Source: an uncultured delta proteobacterium (GTDB taxonomy: Bacteria; Desulfobacterota; Binatia; Binatales; Binataceae). Taken from it: a stretch of DNA of 64,000 nucleotides. How positions within the stretch are numbered: position 1 is the first letter of the stretch; each line of letters opens with the position of its first letter. The notes under the pieces are model-generated. The model had not been told where the DNA came from and searched no databases. It saw nothing but the letters and a program-made list of their open reading frames with translations. This document shows positions 58,555 through 64,000 of the stretch, piece after piece. A program made the position numbers and the translations under genes. The stretch spans positions 1,472,001-1,536,000 of the forward strand of contig CAVQEQ010000003.1 of the NCBI GenBank assembly GCA_963711565.1, read 5' to 3'.

Positions 58555-60969
58555 TCAACGGGAGATGCGATGGCGCCCAGGACCGAACTCGCCGCCTATG
58601 AGATGAGCGTCATCGAACCGCACGAGCGCTGTCACGCCGTCGAGAATCGCGATCTCGCCGCCGTTTTCGCGATCGAGCTTCATTTGGATTAGCCCATGCG
58701 GTGTCGGTACGCGGCCCTCGAGATGCTTGAGCGAACCGAAGTGCGGCGCGATTTCCGCGCGCGAGTAGCCCGGCGCGGCTGGCCGCACGCCGAGAACCCA
58801 GGTGGTCAAATCGTAGGTGGGCGTTGCCGACCACGCATGACATCGGCTCCCGGAGCCGGCGCGCGCGTCCCAGTATTCCTCGAACGCGGTGTCGCCACGC
58901 TCGATCTGCGGCCACCATTTCATGCATCGCGCGGGAATCAGGTCGCGGCGGCCCGCGCGGACGAGCGCGTCGTGCAGGATGTGCGAGAAGAACGGCTGCG
59001 CGGCGACGACGTTGCGCTCAACGTCGAAGGTCATGTGCTCGGCGGGATCCATTCGCTGTTTCACGTACGCGGTCATGTTGTCGGAAATCGTCGGCGTGAT
59101 GACAACGCGCGAATCATCGAGGATGTAGTCGAGCATCCGGGGCCAACGCGCGCGCGGGGCGCATCCGGCGACAATCGCGATCGCGTTGGTTTGCTGGCTG
59201 ACGCGGCGGTGCGGGCCGTTGCGATCGGCGGCGTCCACGTAAACGCCCGCAGCCTCGTCCCACAGCAACTCGAATGCGCGCCTCGTCCGCTCTGCGTGCG
59301 CACGAGCGTCTGCGGCAGAGCGCGAATCCGCCAGCACGGTCTCGGCGAGCGACGCGTAGTCGTCGAGCGCCGCGGCGTACAGTGCATCGAGCGCGCCGGT
59401 TACTTCGGAGCGCTCGGTCATCGCCCAGTCGATGAAAATCCAACCCGGCATTCCGCGAATGAGTCCGTCAGGGGCGCGGTAGCGCTCGAAGGCGGCGATT
59501 ATGCCGGCCGCGGTCGGCATCAGCTCGCGCACTGTCGCGGCGTCGCCAGAATAATCGAAGTAGCGGGCGAGCGCGCGAATCCAGTGCAACGAGTAATCGG
59601 GAATCGTGGTCGAAGAAATCGCAAAATCGCACGCTGCGGCCATCGCCAGCAGTCCGTCGCCGCGCCGCGATTGCGCGCAGATTCGCAGATGCCGTCGCAC
59701 GAGGCGCCAATCGGTGTTGGTCACGTAGGTCAACAGGGCGTGGATGTAGGAATCGCCGAGCCACGCACGCTGTTCGCGGCCGGGGCAGTCGATGAAGGCG
59801 TCGGTCGAGCAGAGCTCCAGCGTGCGCGCGCCGACCCTCCAGATTTTGTTGAGCGCAGGGTCGTCGCATTCGAAGTACGCCTCGTCGCCGCGCGGATAAC
59901 GCCGCTCGACCGCGCCGGCCGACTCGATCTGCGCGCCGCCGCGCGCGACGATCGACAGATGGCGGAAGCCGACCGCCTCGTAGGACTCGACGCGTTCCGC
60001 GCCGTCGCCGCGCAGGATATAGCGCATCGCAAACTGGCGCGGTTGCGTCTCCGCGCTGCCGTCCGCGCGCACGTCCTCCCCGCAGTAGACATCCACAGTC
60101 GAGCCTGCGGGACCGTGCACGACGGCCCAGGGCGTCGCGAGCGTTATCATTCCCGCGTCGAAATTCGCGATTGTGTCGGGACCGTCAGCGGACTGCTCCA
60201 CAGTTGGATATGAACCGCGCGGATCGTCGCTGTTGAGTGCGGCCACTGCGCGGCGGGAAAGTTCGTTCATCGCGATCGGAATCGAGGTGAGCGGCGCGAT
60301 CTCGTCGTGCTCGGGCGCGGTGAAAGGCTCGACCGGGATTCGCGTGCGATTGTACGAAAGCGTTGCGGCCGACAATTCGACGGCGGGAATCCAGTCGGAA
60401 TCGTCGAAGGCCGCGTCGTTCCATCCGGCGGGAATCGCGGCGCCGTCGAGGATTTCGGTTGGCGGCACCGGCAGCGCCGCGCCGCGCACCACGTCCTGCC
60501 GATAAGGCGCGGCGCGGCCCTTCCAGGTCGCGTCTGAAATCACGCCGATAGAGGGAGACTCAAACGCGAACGATCCAAAACCGAGCAGGAAGCTCGGCGA
60601 CGCCGGCCGCCACCATGGTCCCGGCACGCCGTAAAAGCGCACCAGCGCCGCGATTGCGTTTCGGCCCGCGCGAAGATACGGCGCGAGATCGATTTCCGTC
60701 CATGCGAGGCGCTCGGGTATCGAGCGCGCCGGTCCGCGCGCGACTTCGACGCCGTTGACGAACATCACGAAGCGCGAGTCGGCCGTCACTCGCGCGGGAA
60801 CCGATACGGAAACCGAGTCGAGTTGAACCGTGCGGCGCAGGTAGCAGAAGCGATTCCAGGTTTCTTTCGGCGGAATTCCGGCCGCGCCGATCGGAGAAAC
60901 CGGCAAGGGCGCGGGTCCGGCCCAAATCCATCGCGCATCCCACATGATCGGCCATTTCGATCCAGTCAT
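58555..60969 (-). CDS. Alpha-L-rhamnosidase-like glycoside hydrolase (GH78)
   Basis: ARWIW, ADSRF, DCPGREQRAWLGD, FIDW, SRCHAWSA, VPTPHG. Confidence 0.88.
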   Translation of the reverse strand: MTGSKWPIMWDARWIWAGPAPLPVSPIGAAGIPPKETWNRFCYLRRTVQLDSVSVSVPARVTADSRFVMFVNGVEVARGPARSIPERLAWTEIDLAPYLRAGRNAIAALVRFYGVPGPWWRPASPSFLLGFGSFAFESPSIGVISDATWKGRAAPYRQDVVRGAALPVPPTEILDGAAIPAGWNDAAFDDSDWIPAVELSAATLSYNRTRIPVEPFTAPEHDEIAPLTSIPIAMNELSRRAVAALNSDDPRGSYPTVEQSADGPDTIANFDAGMITLATPWAVVHGPAGSTVDVYCGEDVRADGSAETQPRQFAMRYILRGDGAERVESYEAVGFRHLSIVARGGAQIESAGAVERRYPRGDEAYFECDDPALNKIWRVGARTLELCSTDAFIDCPGREQRAWLGDSYIHALLTYVTNTDWRLVRRHLRICAQSRRGDGLLAMAAACDFAISSTTIPDYSLHWIRALARYFDYSGDAATVRELMPTAAGIIAAFERYRAPDGLIRGMPGWIFIDWAMTERSEVTGALDALYAAALDDYASLAETVLADSRSAADARAHAERTRRAFELLWDEAAGVYVDAADRNGPHRRVSQQTNAIAIVAGCAPRARWPRMLDYILDDSRVVITPTISDNMTAYVKQRMDPAEHMTFDVERNVVAAQPFFSHILHDALVRAGRRDLIPARCMKWWPQIERGDTAFEEYWDARAGSGSRCHAWSATPTYDLTTWVLGVRPAAPGYSRAEIAPHFGSLKHLEGRVPTPHGLIQMKLDRENGGEIAILDGVTALVRFDDAHLIGGEFGPGRHRISR

Positions 60970-60973
60970 GCTG

Positions 60974-61467
60974 CTACCGTGTTCGGGGCAGAGGTAACGG
61001 GAACTTGAGCAGGGCCACGACCGGATCCGCGGAACGATCCGTCATGCTGGCAATCTCGCGCCGCGCCATCTCGAACAGCGCCGACTCGTGTTCGACCATC
61101 GACTGGGCCATCTCCCGATCTTCACCGGCGCCATCGCCGCGATTTCCTTAAAGCGTGGAATAAACCGGTCGCGGAGCGCATCGTGGATGACCGTCATCTT
61201 GTCCAGCCATTTCATCGGCCGCAGGTTCTCGGCCAGCGACACACCCTCCGCCCGTACCGCGGCGTCTTCGGAGAGGTCGAGCCGATGACGGAACAGCCAT
61301 GGCCTGAGGCGCGCTTTGGTTTCGCTTTCCAACTGGAGCATCGTGCCCAGCTTGTAGCGCTGATCATCGTCTTCGGCTGCCGGCAAAAGCCCGGTGAATA
61401 ACACCTCGCCCAGGATCTCGCCCTGGTAAAGCTCCATTACTCCTTTCAGAAATTCCGAATCCGCCAT
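60974..61467 (-). pseudogene. Ferritin-like protein with a -1 frameshift near 61127
   Basis: GEILGE..LESETK; the alternate frame continues GEDREMAQSMVEHESALFEMARRE to TAG at 60974. Confidence 0.65.
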
Positions 61468-61482
61468 CGTTACCTCTCCATA

Positions 61483-61908
61483 TCAGTTGGACGGGGTGGT
61501 TGTATCCGGCACCGTCACGGTCTGCGGCGGCGCGCCTGATGGGCCGACCCAGTCGGGCAAACTCTGGAGCCCGCCGAGGTGGACGCTCGGCGCCGGATTT
61601 ACAACCGATTGCCCGCTGTCGCCCTCCTCGCCGTTGTCGTCCTGTTTCCCCTCCTCGTCCTTGTAGTGCTGCATCACCTGCTTCTTCACATCGTCGGTCA
61701 ACAACTGCGGCTGCATCCCCTGGCTATGTGCGAAATCCTCGCGGCTCTCGGCGTCCATGTGGAGCCAGATCTGACTGGCCTGCGCGCTGTTGCCGTGACT
61801 CATCGCTTCCACAAACTTTTGCTGCTGGGTCTCATGCGAACATCCCGCGAGCGCAAATGCGCACGTGGCAATTGACAGTACGATCGCGCGTTTTATTTTT
61901 TCCGGCAT
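61483..61908 (-). CDS. Putative lipoprotein
   Basis: Basic N-terminus, hydrophobic stretch, LAGC lipobox. Confidence 0.7.
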   Translation of the reverse strand: MPEKIKRAIVLSIATCAFALAGCSHETQQQKFVEAMSHGNSAQASQIWLHMDAESREDFAHSQGMQPQLLTDDVKKQVMQHYKDEEGKQDDNGEEGDSGQSVVNPAPSVHLGGLQSLPDWVGPSGAPPQTVTVPDTTTPSN

Positions 61909-61926
61909 CAGCACGCCACTCATCGC

Positions 61927-63036
61927 CTAAAATGTCACCACGCTGCGAATCGACTTGCCTTCGTGCATCAAGTGGAAGGCGTCGTCGATTTTTTGGAGCG
62001 GCATCACGTGCGTGATCAGATCATCGATGTTGATCCTGCCTTCCATATACCAATCGACAATTTTCGGGACGTCGCGACGGCCGCGCGCGCCGCCAAACGC
62101 CGTGCCCTTCCACGTTCGTCCGGTCACGAGCTGAAACGGTCGCGTCGAAATCTCCTGCCCCGCGCCCGCGACGCCGATAATCACGCTGGTGCCCCATCCG
62201 CGCTGACAGCATTCGAGCGCCTGGCGCATCAGCTTGACGTTACCGACGCATTCGAAGGAAAAATCCGCGCCGCCGCGTGTCAGGTTGACGATGTGCGGCA
62301 CCAGTTCGCCCTCAACCTCCGCGGGATTTAAAAAATGAGTCACGCCGAACTTCTCGGCGATCGCCTTGCGCGCGGGATTGAGATCGACGCCGACGATCAT
62401 CGACGCGCCGGCAATCCTCGCGCCCTGCACGACGTTGAGGCCGATGCCGCCGAGCCCGAACACGACCACCCGGTCGCCGGCGCTCACGTTGGCGGTGTTG
62501 AGGACGGCGCCGATTCCGGTCGTCACGCCGCATCCGATGTAGCAAATCTTTTCGAACGGCGCGTCTTCGCGGACCTTTGCCAGCGCGATCTCAGGCACGA
62601 CGGTGAAGTTCGCGAAGGTCGAGGCGCCCATGTAGTGATGCAGCGGCTTGCCGCCGCGCGCGAATCTGCTGGTGCCGTCGGGCATGACGCCGCGGCCCTG
62701 CGTCTCGCGAATCGCGGTGCATAGATTCGTTTTGCCGGAGAGGCACGCCGGGCAGTTGCGGCATTCGGGAATGTAGAGCGGGATGACGTGGTCGCCGCGT
62801 TTCAGAGTCGTCACGCCCGGCCCCGTTTCGATCACGATGCCGGCGCCCTCATGTCCAAGAATCGAGGGGAACAAACCTTCGGGGTCGGCGCCCGACAAAG
62901 TGTAGGCGTCGGTGTGGCAGACGCCAGTGGCCTTGATTTCGACCAAGACTTCGCCGGCCTTGGGACCTTCGAGGTCAACGCTTGCGACTTCGAGCGGTTC
63001 GCCGGCCTTGTTCGCGATTGCAGCTTTTACTTTCAC
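61927..63036 (-). CDS. frmA: S-(hydroxymethyl)glutathione dehydrogenase / class III ADH
   Basis: GVCHTDAYTLSGADPEG, LSGKTNLC, EISTRPFQLVTGR.WKGTAFGG. Confidence 0.95.
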   Translation of the reverse strand: MKVKAAIANKAGEPLEVASVDLEGPKAGEVLVEIKATGVCHTDAYTLSGADPEGLFPSILGHEGAGIVIETGPGVTTLKRGDHVIPLYIPECRNCPACLSGKTNLCTAIRETQGRGVMPDGTSRFARGGKPLHHYMGASTFANFTVVPEIALAKVREDAPFEKICYIGCGVTTGIGAVLNTANVSAGDRVVVFGLGGIGLNVVQGARIAGASMIVGVDLNPARKAIAEKFGVTHFLNPAEVEGELVPHIVNLTRGGADFSFECVGNVKLMRQALECCQRGWGTSVIIGVAGAGQEISTRPFQLVTGRTWKGTAFGGARGRRDVPKIVDWYMEGRINIDDLITHVMPLQKIDDAFHLMHEGKSIRSVVTF

Positions 63037-63173
63037 GATTCCAGCGCGTCGTCCGCAATATAATACGCTGCCGCCTCGCGCGGCGAACACCTCGCGCGGC
63101 ACGCTTGATGGATGTCGCAAATGCTGCCAAACCTCATCAGGCCGACCAGCAATCGCGCCAATGGAGAAACAAA

Positions 63174-63551
63174 ATGGCCGACAAAGCACTCTCGCCTGAC
63201 CAGGTGATCGCATCGCTGCTCGAAGGCAAGTCGCGGCGCGAGATGATGGTGATCCTCGCGCGGCTCGAGCATGGCGGCGCCGGTATCTACCAGTCGTTCG
63301 CTGCGAGCGAACGCAACGAGAAGGCGCGCGCGGCCTTGCTCGCGGGGGCGGAGCGAGAGGAGCAGAACTCCGCGTTGCTCAAGACGATGACGCAGGTCAA
63401 GGACAAGTGCGAGAAATGCGGCAAGGCGCTGGCGCCTCCTGCGGCGGCGCAGTGCTGTTCATTTCAATGCACGTTCTGCCCCGACTGCGCTGACGAAATG
63501 AAGCATGTGTGTCCGAATTGTTCGGGCGAGCTGACGGCCCGCAGTGTCTAA
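63174..63551 (+). CDS. Small fusion: ferritin/rubrerythrin-like helix pair plus DUF1272 Cys-rich domain
   Basis: LE..GA..Y...A.REEQN; CEKC...CSFQCTFCPDC...CPNCSGEL. Confidence 0.7.
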   Translation: MADKALSPDQVIASLLEGKSRREMMVILARLEHGGAGIYQSFAASERNEKARAALLAGAEREEQNSALLKTMTQVKDKCEKCGKALAPPAAAQCCSFQCTFCPDCADEMKHVCPNCSGELTARSV

Positions 63552-63573
63552 GTGGCACAGGCTTTAGCCTGTG
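63552..63573 (+). repeat. REP-like palindrome
   Basis: GTGG foot plus CACAGGC-TTTA-GCCTGTG. Confidence 0.45.
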
Positions 63574-63592
63574 ATTTTCAGGGGAATCTGCC

Positions 63593-64000
63593 ATGCACAT
63601 AATCGGCACGGTCAAGGAAATTTGGCGCTACCCGGTCAAGTCGATGGCGGGCGAGCGCTTGCAGCGCGCCGACATCAGCGTGCGCGGAATCTACGGCGAT
63701 CGCGGATGGGCGATTCGCGATGAAAAAGCCGGCGAGATTCGCAACGCTCGCAAGCTGCCCGCGCTGCTGCATTGCACCGCCGTGTATCTGCGCGAGCCGA
63801 GCGCCGACGACGCGCCGCCGGCGCAAATCACGCTGCCTGACGGGACAACGTTTCGCTCCGATTCCGCCGAGGCCAACGCCAGGTTGTCCGAGCTGCTCGG
63901 GCGTAGCGTCTCGATCTGGCCGATCCAGCCGCCATCCGAGCGCGACCTGCTTCGACGCGCTGCGCCCGACAATCCCGACATGCGCGCCGAGATGCGCGAG
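63593..64000 (+). CDS. MOSC-domain protein (partial, runs off the window)
   Basis: IWRYPVKSMAGE, GDRGWA. Confidence 0.88.
   Translation, partial: MHIIGTVKEIWRYPVKSMAGERLQRADISVRGIYGDRGWAIRDEKAGEIRNARKLPALLHCTAVYLREPSADDAPPAQITLPDGTTFRSDSAEANARLSELLGRSVSIWPIQPPSERDLLRRAAPDNPDMRAEMRE

Overview
High-GC bacterial chromosomal window with no tRNA, rRNA, CRISPR or intact IS element seen. The gene style is reminiscent of soil Binatia/'Ca. Binatus', but this is an unverified impression. 1-22.4 kb is a co-oriented surface-polysaccharide cluster (GT9, several GT4s, two methyltransferases, a Wzy-like membrane protein, HAD hydrolase, carbamoyltransferase, GDP-mannose epimerase-like enzyme, cupin, gmd). 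Inside it, four ~1.03 kb GT2 paralogues sit head-to-tail. Each is bounded by the same ~21-bp element, which encodes the C-terminal 'EERPQ', the SD and the overlapping stop/start. The element also ends the unrelated upstream GT4, and the copies are sequence mosaics. The rest holds metH, hicBA-like and phd-vapC TA pairs, tandem Zn-ADHs, two GT-C-like membrane proteins, HU-trmFO-topA-dprA (dprA frameshifted), a DGPF/YciI-ECF42 module with its cognate promoter, pyrF, an alkA-like gene, a MaoC pair, chdC/hemQ, cobB, a SigK/RskA-like pair with a repeated promoter motif that also precedes a ferritin-like gene, a class III CoA-transferase pair, GH78, frmA and a ferritin-like/DUF1272 fusion. All calls come from reading motifs by eye; no database searches were run.
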